A stretch of DNA of 64,000 nucleotides from Chloroflexota bacterium. GTDB taxonomy: Bacteria; Chloroflexota; Limnocylindria; Limnocylindrales; CSP1-4. A program made the position numbers and the translations under genes. Location: the NCBI GenBank assembly GCA_034430475.1, contig DAOUEA010000055.1, forward strand, positions 18,008 through 82,007. Direction: 5' to 3'. Numbering within the stretch: position 1 is the first letter of the stretch; each line of letters starts with the position of its first letter. Shown one piece after another: positions 8,827-17,969 of this stretch. The notes beneath the pieces are model-generated. The model had not been told where the DNA came from. It saw only the letters and a list, made by a program, of their open reading frames with translations, and did not search any database.

Positions 8827-11800
8827 TTGGTGAGAGCCTTGTCCGAACTGCCCTACCGCGACCTGTTTCGCAGCACACCTCAGCCTCTGTTCCTGGTGGA
8901 CGAGGACAACGTGTGTGTCGACGCGAGCGAGGCAGGCGCCGCGCTGGTAGGGCTCAGCCGCGAGCAGCTGTTGGGTCGCAATCTCCTGACCCTGCTGTCT
9001 GAGGACTCCAGGGCGGACGTAGCATCCACACGCGACGAGCTGAAGGCCACCGGCATCGTCATCAGGCACGTCACGATGGAGTCGGCGGAGCGCGATCCAT
9101 TCCCGGCCGAGGCGATCTTCTCGACCACCTCCTCTGCCGCGTGCACGCTGGTCCATGTCCGCGACCGGCGCCACCAGCTCGAGGCAGAGGGGGCCCTGCG
9201 CGAGTTGCGCGAAATGCACCGTCTCTCGCAACCCGGCGAGAAGATCGAGGTACGAAGCTGGACCGACATGGCGAACGCCGCCCTCGAGCGGCTGTGCCAG
9301 GTCACCGGCGCGGACGCGGGCCTGGTGGTCCTCGTCGACCACGGTGGCCGCAATCCCCTGGAGGTTTCTCGCGGGACGAGCCCCAAGCTTGGCGGGCTCT
9401 TCCGAGGCCTCGATTCGCCGGCGCTCATGAAGGCCCTGAGCCGGCCCGGAGCGATGGTCCAGCTCGACGCGCTCGGCGGCTTCGAGGGCGCAGCCGGGGT
9501 GGCGGCCGAGGTGGCGGCCGAGGGCCTGACGAGCGGCCAGGTGATCAGCCTGCGGCGACAGGACGAAACGATCGGTCTTCTGGCCCTGGCCTCGCGCAGC
9601 CCCGTCTGGGTCGGGGCAGGGCCCGATCTGATCGGCGAGGCTGCCACGCAGCTTGTCAGCGCTCTCGACAATGCCCGCCTGATGGAGCGGTTGCGGCGCG
9701 GCCTGGAAGAGGAGCGGCGGCTGACGGGTCAGCTGGAAGCGCTGATGGGCCTGACGCTCCTGCCCCAGGGCGAGGCGGACGAGCGTGCCGGCGCACAGTT
9801 CCTGCTGGATCGAGTCGTTGCCGCGCTCGGCGCAGACGGTGGGTTCGCCGTCAGGCTCGTCGACGCCGACCTCGACGTGGTTGCCGCCCAGGGAGCGGCC
9901 ATTCGCATGGCCCGGGCCGTGGCCGCCAGGCCGGCCGAATCGTTCGCCTTCTGGCGGCGGCTGCTGGATCACCCCGAAATCGGAGCTTTCCAGATGACAG
10001 CCGCCGAGCTGCTCGGCAGCGGGCCCCCGGAGGGCGGTCTGGAAGTGGAGGCGGAGGCCGAGGCGGAGGTGGAGGTGGAGGCGGAGGCGGAGGCGGCCTG
10101 CTCAGTCTCGCCGCTTCGCGAGGGCGGCAGGGTGACGGGAGCGTTCGTATGTCAGTTCGCGCCGGGGCCAGACCCGGTCGACGAACGGACCCTCGAGGCT
10201 GTGGGGCGCATCGTCTCGATTGCCTACGCCAACGTCCGGATGAGCCGCGGCCTCAACGAAGCGGCGGAGCACGAGCGCCGCCTTACGGCCGAGTTGCGCG
10301 CCCTGCAGGAGCTGACCCTCCTGGGCGCCTCCACCGACGACGTGCACCGGTTGGCCCAGGAGACCATCGAGGCCGTCGCGGTCGCCACCGGGGCCACGGG
10401 CGGCGGCTATGTCCTGATCGACCCTTCGCGCGGCGCAGTCGAGCCGATCGTCTGGGTCGGCCAGCCGAGCCGACACTGGAGGCTGGACGAAGCCGAGCCC
10501 GCCACTCCCACCGACTGGCCGGCCCTGGAGACGCTCGAGGCCGAGCGCGTCTGGCTGTCCCGAGAGCCGCCCGAGCCACAGCCCCCGCCGCCGTCGGACC
10601 AGAAGCAGAGCGGACGGACAACGCGAGTCCACCCCGACTCGCAGGCCGTGTTGCCGCTTCACGTCGACGGCCGCATCTCAGGGGCGCTGCACCTCGAGTG
10701 GTCCGAGACGCCCTGGGCAGAGCAGCTCGACGGCCACTTCCTGGAGCCGATCGGGCGAATCTGCAGCATCTCGCTGGCCAACTTCAGGCTCCGCTCCGAG
10801 CTGCTACACCGCGCCGCGGCGCAACGGGCCCTTAGCCATCGGCTCGACACCCTCGACGAGTTGACCCGCATCGGCGAGGAGGCCAGCTCGTTCGAAGAGC
10901 TGGCCCACCGCACGGTCAGCCTCGTCCGTGAGGCCCTGGGGGCGACCGGCGTCTGCTACCTGTTGATGGAACCCGGACACCACTTCGAGACTCACGCCGT
11001 GGCCGGCGAGGCGGGCGCGTTCCGGCCCTGGCTCAAGGGCGTTCCGGCGCGGGACGTTCCCGGAGGCCAGCTGATGCTCACCGGCGGGGGCAGCAGTCTG
11101 GGCGACTTCATGGCCGGGGAGGTCAGCGAGCGCGTGCTGCCCATGGCCCAGACGACCGGCTTCCAGGCCTACGGCGCCATACCGATCCGCACCGGCGAGG
11201 AGCTCGCCGGGGCCCTGCTGTGCTTCTTCGAGCAGCCCACCCTCCGCCTGACCATCGACGAGGCGGCGCTTGATTCGGTGGCCCGCATCGGCGGCATCGC
11301 CCTGGCCAACTTCCGCCTGCGGGAGCGCCTGGTCGCGTCGGAGGAGCGCTACCGCACCCTGTTCGAGGAATCGCCGGACGCCTTCTTCGTCTCCGCTCTC
11401 GATGGCACCGTCCTCGACGCCAACGAGGCGGCCGTTCGCCTGTATCACGTCAACCGCGGCGAGATCCTGGGCCGCTACTTCGGCCAGCTCATCTCCGCGG
11501 ACGAGCGGGAGATGGCGCGGCGCCGGCAGATCGTCTGGACCCAGGGGCGCGGCACATTCAAGGATCGGGCTCGTCGCCCCGACGGCTCGGAGTTCCCCGT
11601 AGAGGTGGAGGTCCGCGTCGTGGAGCTGGGGGGCCAGCGGCGCTTCCTGTCGCTGGTGCGCGACCTGTCCGACCAGGAGCGTCTGACGAATGAGCTGCTG
11701 CAGGCCCAGAAGATGGAGGCTATCGGCCAGCTCGTCTCCGGTGTGGCTCACGAGCTGAACAACCCACTGGCGGCGATCATCGCCTTCAGCCAGCTCATAC

Positions 11801-13164
11801 GAAGCGACGAGCGGCTGCCCGAGGATATGCGCCACGATGCCGGCCTCCTGGTCCAGGAGTCGGACCGGACGAGGCGGATCGTCCAGAGCCTGCTCGACTT
11901 CGCCCGGCAGCGGCCGCCCGAACGACGCCCCACGAGCATCTCCGCCCTGGTCCAGAGCGTCCTGGAGCTGCAGTCGTACGCCCTCAGCACCAACCACATC
12001 GAGGTCGCGGTGGATATCCCGGCGACGATCCCCGAGATCGACCTGGATCGGGCCCAACTGCAGCAGGTGCTGCTCAACCTGACAATCAACGCCATTCAGG
12101 CCATGCGCGACGTCAAGCGATCGGGGCCTTCCCACCTGTGGATCACGGCGGCTCTGCCCAGGCCCGGTCGAGGCGCCAAGACCGACAAGCCGCTTGAGGA
12201 GCGCGTTCGTGTCACCGTCCGCGACGATGGGCCCGGCGTGCCGGAATCGGCCCGGGCCCGGCTGTTCGACCCCTTCTTCACTACGAAGCAACCGGGTGAA
12301 GGGACGGGCCTCGGGCTCTCGGTCTCGTTCGGGATCGTCGCCGCCCACGGCGGGCGCCTGTGGTACGAACCCGGGCCAAAGGGAGCGGGCAGCTCCTTCA
12401 TCATCGAGCTGCCGGTCCGGGCCGGTCCGATCGACGAGCGGCAGTTCGTCGAGGCGGTAGGCCGGCGTCCGACCCGCCACGAAGCGCCGGCTGCGGCCGA
12501 AGTGGCAGAGAGCGCCGCCCCTCAGCCGGCGACCGAGAAGCGGCCCGTCGCCCGGGCCGCGAAGGCGACTGCGGGGAGGGCCGCGCCTGAGGCGGCCGCC
12601 AGGGCGGGGCCGGCGAAGCCGGCCACGAAGCGCGCCAGCCGATCCAGGAAGCAGCCCGCGCCCGCCAGGGCGCCGGCCCGGGAGCAGGCGGCCCCGACAC
12701 CGACCCCCGTCCCGGCCGACCAGGGGGCGATCCCGTCCATGACCGCAACCATCCCCACTCGCTTCCCCGCCTCTCAGCCCTTCGTCCTGGCCGTCGACGA
12801 CGAGCCCTCCATCCGCGCCTTCCTGCGCAAAGCTCTGACGGCGGCCGGCATCAACTGCGTTCCGGCGGCGGACGGAGCGAACGCCCTGGAGGCTCTACGC
12901 GACACCCCCTTCGACGTGATGCTGATCGACCACCGCATGGCCGGCATGAGCGGGACGGAGTTCTACGAGGCGGCGGTCGAGTTCCGGCCCGAGATGGCCC
13001 GCCGCGCGGTCTTCATGAGCGGCGACGTACTCAACCCCCACCTCAGGGGCTTCGCCACCGACCGCGGCATCCGCCTGCTGGCCAAGCCGTTCGACATCGA
13101 GGCCGTGGTCAGGGTCGTGAGGGAGGTGCTGGCCACCGGCGGAGGCGGCGGGGCGGAGGAGTAG
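8827..13164 (+). CDS. Hybrid sensor histidine kinase: PAS, four GAF-like repeats, PAS, HisKA, HATPase, REC
   Basis: H-box GVAHELNNPL, N-box QVLLNLTINA, DDGPG, FFTTK and GTGLGL, C-terminal receiver VDDEPSIR...LIDHRM...KPF. Start uncertain: the track start at 8575 overlaps the tRNA, and in-frame TTG/GTG codons lie at 8827-8839. Confidence 0.88.
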   Translation: MVRALSELPYRDLFRSTPQPLFLVDEDNVCVDASEAGAALVGLSREQLLGRNLLTLLSEDSRADVASTRDELKATGIVIRHVTMESAERDPFPAEAIFSTTSSAACTLVHVRDRRHQLEAEGALRELREMHRLSQPGEKIEVRSWTDMANAALERLCQVTGADAGLVVLVDHGGRNPLEVSRGTSPKLGGLFRGLDSPALMKALSRPGAMVQLDALGGFEGAAGVAAEVAAEGLTSGQVISLRRQDETIGLLALASRSPVWVGAGPDLIGEAATQLVSALDNARLMERLRRGLEEERRLTGQLEALMGLTLLPQGEADERAGAQFLLDRVVAALGADGGFAVRLVDADLDVVAAQGAAIRMARAVAARPAESFAFWRRLLDHPEIGAFQMTAAELLGSGPPEGGLEVEAEAEAEVEVEAEAEAACSVSPLREGGRVTGAFVCQFAPGPDPVDERTLEAVGRIVSIAYANVRMSRGLNEAAEHERRLTAELRALQELTLLGASTDDVHRLAQETIEAVAVATGATGGGYVLIDPSRGAVEPIVWVGQPSRHWRLDEAEPATPTDWPALETLEAERVWLSREPPEPQPPPPSDQKQSGRTTRVHPDSQAVLPLHVDGRISGALHLEWSETPWAEQLDGHFLEPIGRICSISLANFRLRSELLHRAAAQRALSHRLDTLDELTRIGEEASSFEELAHRTVSLVREALGATGVCYLLMEPGHHFETHAVAGEAGAFRPWLKGVPARDVPGGQLMLTGGGSSLGDFMAGEVSERVLPMAQTTGFQAYGAIPIRTGEELAGALLCFFEQPTLRLTIDEAALDSVARIGGIALANFRLRERLVASEERYRTLFEESPDAFFVSALDGTVLDANEAAVRLYHVNRGEILGRYFGQLISADEREMARRRQIVWTQGRGTFKDRARRPDGSEFPVEVEVRVVELGGQRRFLSLVRDLSDQERLTNELLQAQKMEAIGQLVSGVAHELNNPLAAIIAFSQLIRSDERLPEDMRHDAGLLVQESDRTRRIVQSLLDFARQRPPERRPTSISALVQSVLELQSYALSTNHIEVAVDIPATIPEIDLDRAQLQQVLLNLTINAIQAMRDVKRSGPSHLWITAALPRPGRGAKTDKPLEERVRVTVRDDGPGVPESARARLFDPFFTTKQPGEGTGLGLSVSFGIVAAHGGRLWYEPGPKGAGSSFIIELPVRAGPIDERQFVEAVGRRPTRHEAPAAAEVAESAAPQPATEKRPVARAAKATAGRAAPEAAARAGPAKPATKRASRSRKQPAPARAPAREQAAPTPTPVPADQGAIPSMTATIPTRFPASQPFVLAVDDEPSIRAFLRKALTAAGINCVPAADGANALEALRDTPFDVMLIDHRMAGMSGTEFYEAAVEFRPEMARRAVFMSGDVLNPHLRGFATDRGIRLLAKPFDIEAVVRVVREVLATGGGGGAEE
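10042..10095 (+). repeat. In-frame hexanucleotide microsatellite encoding (EV/EA)9
   Basis: Nine GAR-GYS units giving EVEAEAEAEVEVEAEAEA inside the kinase. Confidence 0.85.
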
Positions 13165-13188
13165 AGCCCCGCGCCGGGGCGATTCTGC

Positions 13189-14172
13189 CTACTCCCGCTC
13201 GGCCGAGACCATCAGGGCCAGAAGGCGGTCGGCGGCCGCGTACGGGTCCAGCTCGTGGGCGGCCACGGCCCGCAGCAGCTCGGCGGCCACCGGCGCCGCT
13301 TCGATCGTGCGGGCCCGCTCGCGGAGGCGGTCCGCCAGCACGGCCCAGACCTGAGCCTCGGCCCGGGTAAGGCGGTTGGCGTCGCCGGCCGCCCCGGCGG
13401 CTCCGCGGTGGCGGTCGATAGCGGCCAGCAGATCGGCTACTCCTTCTCCGGTCGCGGCGGTGGTCAGCAGGACCTCCGGCCGCTTGGGGGCAGGTCCACC
13501 CGGCCGCGCCTCGCGCGGCGCGTCGGCCAGCATCGCCCGCAGCTGGCTCGCCGTCCGCTGCGCCCCTGGGCGATCGCCCTTGTTGACAACGACGATGTCG
13601 GCGACCTCCAGCAAGCCGGCCTTGATGGCCTGGATCTCGTCGCCCATCTCCGGAGCCTCCACGACGACGGTGGTGTCGGCCGTGGCGGCGACCTCGACCT
13701 CGCTCTGGCCCGTGCCTACGGTCTCGATCAGGACGACGTCGAAGCCGACTGCGTCGAAGACCGCCGCGGCCGCGGTCGTGGCGTAGGCCAGCCCGCCGGA
13801 GTGGCCGCGAGAGGCCATGGAGCGGATGAAGACCCCGTCGTCTCCGGCGTAGGCCTGCATCCGGACCCGGTCGCCCAGGACGGCGCCGCCGGTGATGGGG
13901 CTGGAGGGGTCCACGGCCACGACCGCCACGGGTCGTCCGGAGCGGCGCAACTCCCCGATGAGCGCCGCCACCAGGGTGCTCTTGCCCGCCCCCGGGGGCC
14001 CCGTCACGCCGATCAGCTGAGCACGGCCGGCCCTGGGGTAGAGCTGCCGCAGCGCAGCTTCGGCCAGCGGGGTGCGGTTCTCGACGGCGGTCAGGAGACG
14101 GGCCAGGGCGCGACGATCGCCGCTCAGGGCCGCCTCGCTCAGCTCCCCCGCTCGCTCCACGGCCGTGCCCAC
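13189..14172 (-). CDS. meaB: Methylmalonyl-CoA mutase-associated GTPase MeaB/ArgK
   Basis: GPPGAGKST Walker A, VDPSSP..GGA.LGDR.RM, ETVGTGQSE, NKGD. Confidence 0.93.
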   Translation of the reverse strand: MGTAVERAGELSEAALSGDRRALARLLTAVENRTPLAEAALRQLYPRAGRAQLIGVTGPPGAGKSTLVAALIGELRRSGRPVAVVAVDPSSPITGGAVLGDRVRMQAYAGDDGVFIRSMASRGHSGGLAYATTAAAAVFDAVGFDVVLIETVGTGQSEVEVAATADTTVVVEAPEMGDEIQAIKAGLLEVADIVVVNKGDRPGAQRTASQLRAMLADAPREARPGGPAPKRPEVLLTTAATGEGVADLLAAIDRHRGAAGAAGDANRLTRAEAQVWAVLADRLRERARTIEAAPVAAELLRAVAAHELDPYAAADRLLALMVSAERE

Positions 14173-14178
14173 TCCGCC

Positions 14179-14583
14179 CTAGTCCCGCGGCCGGGCGTTG
14201 GCGCGCACAAACTCGGCGACCTGGGCGATGGTGGTTCCCGGGCCGAAGACGGCGGTCACTCCTGCCTTCCTGAGTGAGGGAACGTCCTCGTCCGGGATGA
14301 TGCCCCCGGCCACGACCAGCACGTCGCTCATCCCCTTCTCCTTGAGCAGGCCGCAAACCTTGGGCAGCAGGGTCTGATGGGCGCCCGACAGGATGGACAG
14401 CCCGACCACGTCCACGTCCTCCTGCAGGGCGGCCGTGACGATCATCTCGGGTGTCTGGCGCAGGCCGGTGTACACCACCTCGAAGCCTTCATCACGGAGG
14501 CCGCGGGCGAGCACCTTGGCGCCGCGGTCGTGCCCGTCGAGACCCGGCTTGGCAATGAGCACCTTGATCGGTCGGTCGGTCAT
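14179..14583 (-). CDS. Cobalamin-binding domain protein (C-terminal subunit of a split acyl-CoA mutase)
   Basis: [12 protein letters not shown] (DxHxxG), [14 protein letters not shown]; start reassigned to ATG 14583. Confidence 0.92.
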   Translation of the reverse strand: MTDRPIKVLIAKPGLDGHDRGAKVLARGLRDEGFEVVYTGLRQTPEMIVTAALQEDVDVVGLSILSGAHQTLLPKVCGLLKEKGMSDVLVVAGGIIPDEDVPSLRKAGVTAVFGPGTTIAQVAEFVRANARPRD

Positions 14584-14608
14584 GCCCGCATCATAACGGG
14601 CTGCCCAC

Positions 14609-14818
14609 CTACAGCGGCCAGCGCGGCGAGTCATTCTCCTCAGCCGCCACGTGGATGCGCACCCCGCGCCCGCGCCCGCACAGCTGACAGGCCGGGGTGA
14701 GGATCTGGTGGTGCGCACTTCCGCAGTAGATGGGCGGCACGGCCTGGAAGGCGTGAGGAAGCCGCGGGTCGGGGACCCACGGCTTCGTTTCGGATCGTCG
14801 GTTCGGCGTTGGGTGCAT
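14609..14818 (-). CDS. 69-aa putative zinc-binding microprotein, copy 3 of the SPRW family
   Basis: ATG with GGAGGG 7 nt upstream; PHAFQ...[13 protein letters not shown]...NDSPRWPL*. Confidence 0.75.
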   Translation of the reverse strand: MHPTPNRRSETKPWVPDPRLPHAFQAVPPIYCGSAHHQILTPACQLCGRGRGVRIHVAAEENDSPRWPL

Positions 14819-14835
14819 CGAGCGACCCTCCGGGG

Positions 14836-15018
14836 CTAGAAGCCCCAGCGAGGGGACTCGTCGACCTCCACGCCCTGATGGACGGGATCGTTCTTGCTAC
14901 GAGCGCAAACCGCGCAGGGGCCGCCCGGCACGGCTTCCTGGAAGAGATGCCGTTCTTTCGGATCGGGCCCCTGAGCCTGCTTGTTGCCCTCGTTCCTGCG
15001 GGCGTTACGGAAGTTCAT
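14836..15018 (-). CDS. 60-aa putative zinc-binding microprotein, copy 2 of the SPRW family
   Basis: ATG 15018 after GGGGAG; RHLFQE...CAVCARSKNDPVH...DESPRWGF*. Confidence 0.75.
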   Translation of the reverse strand: MNFRNARRNEGNKQAQGPDPKERHLFQEAVPGGPCAVCARSKNDPVHQGVEVDESPRWGF

Positions 15019-15128
15019 GGTCTCCCCGTTCTGGATCTCGAGCGCCGCATGCCGGTCTTCGGCGCCTCGGTAATCCAGACGAGATGGACCGCTCGGTTGT
15101 TCGATTGTCCGGCTCGCCCACGCCCGGC

Positions 15129-15380
15129 CTAGAGGCCCCAGCGCGGCGATTCGAAGTCGGCCTCGATCTCGCCCTCGACATGAATGCGATCCTCGCGGGG
15201 CTTCCTGCAAAGGCCGCACATGAGGGCCCGACTGGCCGGCACGGGGGGCGGCGTGTAGGGCCCGCCCATGTGCGACGTGAAGGGCTCGGTGACCGGAGGG
15301 ATCTCCATCTCCTGGAAGACGTGTGGCCGATTCGCGGCCGGAGCCGCGATGTCGCGCCTGGATTCGATCTGCTGGACCAT
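15129..15380 (-). CDS. 83-aa putative zinc-binding microprotein, copy 1 of the SPRW family
   Basis: ATG 15380; PHVFQE...CGLCRKPREDRIH...FESPRWGL*. Confidence 0.75.
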   Translation of the reverse strand: MVQQIESRRDIAAPAANRPHVFQEMEIPPVTEPFTSHMGGPYTPPPVPASRALMCGLCRKPREDRIHVEGEIEADFESPRWGL

Positions 15381-15400
15381 GGCATTCCACTTTCCGCTTG

Positions 15401-15422
15401 TCTCTCGATAACCCTCGAGAGA
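15401..15422. promoter_or_regulatory. Perfect 8-6-8 inverted repeat upstream of the microprotein array
   Basis: TCTCTCGA-taaccc-TCGAGAGA, 20 nt upstream of ATG 15380. Confidence 0.45.
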
Positions 15423-15535
15423 ACGCGTTAATGGTCGCTCAATCGTCGCCCGCCCCTGTGCCAGGCCCGGCTCTGTTCCGCGCTGAGGATCATTCGCAGC
15501 CGGGCTCCGGCATCCCGCCTTCCGGATCCAGCCGG

Positions 15536-16222
15536 TCAGGCCTGCCTGTCTCCCCGCTCGAGGTGAGCCATGAACTCGTCGCGGGTGCGCTGGTTGGTTC
15601 GGAAGCAGCCCAGGACGCTGCTGGTGACCATCGTCGCGCCGCGCTTCTGAATGCCGCGCATGGCCATGCACAGATGCTGGGCTTCGATGACCACGGCCAC
15701 GCCCTGGGGATCGAGCCGCTCCTGGAGGAAGTCGGCGACCTGCTGGGTCATGCGCTCCTGGACCTGCAGCCGCCGGGCGTACATCTCCACGACCCGCGGA
15801 ATCTTGGACAGGCCCACGACCTTCCCTCGCGGGACATAGCCCACCGAGGCCGTGCCGAAGAAGGGCAGCATGTGGTGCTCGCACAGCGAGTAGAAGGGGA
15901 TGTTCTTGACCACGACCATCTCGCTGTAGCCGACATCGAAGATGGCGCCGTTGATCAGCTTGTCCGGGTCGACCAGGTAGCCGCAGGTCAGCTCCAGCCA
16001 CATGCGGTGCATCCGCTCAGGCGTGCGCAGGAGCCCCTCGCGATCGGGGTCCTCGCCGATCTCGGTCAGGATCCGGCGCACGGCCTCCTCGATCCCACCC
16101 GCCGGGCGGCTCTCAGCGGGCGCGCCCGCGCCTGTGTCGCCGTGCTCGATCTGCTCCACGATCTGGCGCACGCGGGCTTCCAGGTCGTCGCAATCTCCCT
16201 GACCGCGCTTGTCATCCGGCAT
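15536..16222 (-). CDS. folE: GTP cyclohydrolase I
   Basis: [45 protein letters not shown]; ATG 16222 after GAAGGAG. Confidence 0.95.
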   Translation of the reverse strand: MPDDKRGQGDCDDLEARVRQIVEQIEHGDTGAGAPAESRPAGGIEEAVRRILTEIGEDPDREGLLRTPERMHRMWLELTCGYLVDPDKLINGAIFDVGYSEMVVVKNIPFYSLCEHHMLPFFGTASVGYVPRGKVVGLSKIPRVVEMYARRLQVQERMTQQVADFLQERLDPQGVAVVIEAQHLCMAMRGIQKRGATMVTSSVLGCFRTNQRTRDEFMAHLERGDRQA

Positions 16223-16292
16223 GACTGCTCTCCTTCGCGGCCATCGTAGCGCCAGCGCTGCCAACGCGCGGCCGGGGCCGTAGCATAGGCGC

Positions 16293-16706
16293 ATGGTGAA
16301 GCACCGCCGGGGCAGCGTCAGCTGGCGAGCCCGCGAGACGGCAGACCGCGCCGCCTTCCACGATTCCGTGGAGCGGGCCCTTGCGGCCGTGCCCCCGCCA
16401 TTCTCGCGCGCCCTGGACGAGGTAGCGATCGTGGTGGAGGACCGCCCCAGCGCCGAGCAGCGCCGCTCGGTCGGCCTGCGGCCCGGCGACGACCTGTACG
16501 GGCTGTTCGAGGGCGTGCCGCGAACCGAATGGGCGGCCGACTGGGCTCCCTTCCCGAACAAGATCTCGCTCTTCCGAATCGCCCTCGAGGAGGATTTCCC
16601 GAACGAGGCCGCCCTGGAGAAGCAGATACGAGTGACGGTCCTGCACGAACTGGCCCACTACCTGGGCATCGACGACGACCGCCTCCACGAGCTGGGCATG
16701 GGGTAG
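16293..16706 (+). CDS. Minimal zincin-like metallopeptidase family protein
   Basis: [26 protein letters not shown] (HExxH). Confidence 0.85.
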   Translation: MVKHRRGSVSWRARETADRAAFHDSVERALAAVPPPFSRALDEVAIVVEDRPSAEQRRSVGLRPGDDLYGLFEGVPRTEWAADWAPFPNKISLFRIALEEDFPNEAALEKQIRVTVLHELAHYLGIDDDRLHELGMG

Positions 16707-16716
16707 GAGCTTCGCT

Positions 16717-17739
16717 CTAGCCGACCAGCGGCGGGATGTCGAGCGGAGCCGCGCCCGCCAACAGCTCGCCGAGCCGGGCCGGGTCTACGTTGCCGCCGCT
16801 GAGCACCACGCACACCCGCTCCCCGTCGCGGATCGGAACATCGCCGAACAGCACCGCCGCCAGGGCGGCCGCACCAGCCGGCTCCACGAGCTGCTTCATC
16901 CGCTCCAGGGCGAAGCGCACCCCGGCCAGGATCGTGGCGTCGTCGATCAGCAGCACGCCGTCCAGGTAGCGATGGGCCATGGCCAGGGTCCACTCCCCGG
17001 CGAACGGCGAGCCCAGGCCGTCGGCGACAGAGACGGGCTGGATCGTGACCGGCTTGCCCGCCTTCAAGGCCAGCGTCATCGAGTTGGAGGTCACCGGCTC
17101 CACGCCGTAGACGCGGATCTCGGGCCTGGTCTCCTTGAGCGCGGCAGCCGTCCCGGTGCACAGCGCTCCACCGCCGATGCCCGCCACCACCACGTCCACG
17201 TCCGGCAGATCGTCCAGGATCTCCAGGCCGATGGTCCCCTGCCCGGCAATGATGGCCGGGTCGTCGAAGGGAGGAACGAACGCCAGGCCCCGCTCGGCCT
17301 GGATCTCGTCCATGCGGGCCCAGGTCTCCCCGACGTGCTGGCCGAAGAGGATCACTTCAGCGCCGTAGCCACGGCAGGCCTCGACCTTGGAGCGCACGGC
17401 GCCCGCCGGCATCATGACCACGGCATGCGCCCCGGCCTCGTGAGCGGCCAGCGCCACCCCCTGGGCATGATTGCCCGCCGAGAGGGTGATCACCCCCGCA
17501 GCCCGCTCGTCCGCCGTCAGGGCCTCCATCTTGTTGAGCGCGCCGCGGATCTTGAAGGCGCCTGTCCTCTGCAGGTTCTCCGCCTTGGCGTAGACGCGCC
17601 CGTCGGCGGCGGCGATCCCGCGCGCCGCGAGGACGCGGCCGGCCGTCGATGACGACAGAATTGGCGTGCGGTCGATCCGCCCTTCCAGTACGCCTCGGGC
17701 TTCATGGAACCGCTGCAGGGGAACGATGCGTTCTGACAT
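16717..17739 (-). CDS. PLP-dependent threonine/serine dehydratase family, no ACT domain
   Basis: KAENLQRTGAFKIRGA, SAGNHAQG, IGGGAL, EPAGAAALAA, LSGGN; start ATG 17739. Confidence 0.9.
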   Translation of the reverse strand: MSERIVPLQRFHEARGVLEGRIDRTPILSSSTAGRVLAARGIAAADGRVYAKAENLQRTGAFKIRGALNKMEALTADERAAGVITLSAGNHAQGVALAAHEAGAHAVVMMPAGAVRSKVEACRGYGAEVILFGQHVGETWARMDEIQAERGLAFVPPFDDPAIIAGQGTIGLEILDDLPDVDVVVAGIGGGALCTGTAAALKETRPEIRVYGVEPVTSNSMTLALKAGKPVTIQPVSVADGLGSPFAGEWTLAMAHRYLDGVLLIDDATILAGVRFALERMKQLVEPAGAAALAAVLFGDVPIRDGERVCVVLSGGNVDPARLGELLAGAAPLDIPPLVG

Positions 17740-17834
17740 GGGCGAAGTATGAGGCCGCACGGAACGTCGCTGCATCGACGCAACCTGAGGGCAGCGTCGA
17801 GCATCGGATGTAGCAGAGGCACCAGGGGAGGCAG

Positions 17835-17912
17835 ATGGAGCGCAGCCGCGTGGACAATGCCACGGTTCTGGCCATCTTCAACCCGCTCGGCCTGGTGGAC
17901 CTGGAAGGCTAG
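17835..17912 (+). CDS. Candidate 25-aa small protein MERSRVDNATVLAIFNPLGLVDLEG
   Basis: Preceded by AGGGGAGG; GC3-rich codons; lies in the dehydratase-arsR intergenic gap. Confidence 0.35.
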   Translation: MERSRVDNATVLAIFNPLGLVDLEG

Positions 17913-17934
17913 CGGCCGGGCCGTGGCAAGCTGC

Positions 17935-17963
17935 TTGCGTATTTGCGCAACTTACTGTAGGAT
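17935..17963 (+). promoter_or_regulatory. Sigma70-type promoter of arsR with overlapping inverted repeat
   Basis: TTGCGT, 17 nt, TAGGAT, 6 nt, ATG; TTGCG-N6-CGCAA (17935-17950) covers the -35. Confidence 0.7.
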
Positions 17964-17969
17964 CTCTGC

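Noticed and set aside
14609-15380. Complete RiPP cluster built around the SPRW peptides
   Set aside because: No adjacent modifying enzyme, RRE, protease or exporter; the B12-domain gene and meaB are mutase components. Kept only as a minor alternative.
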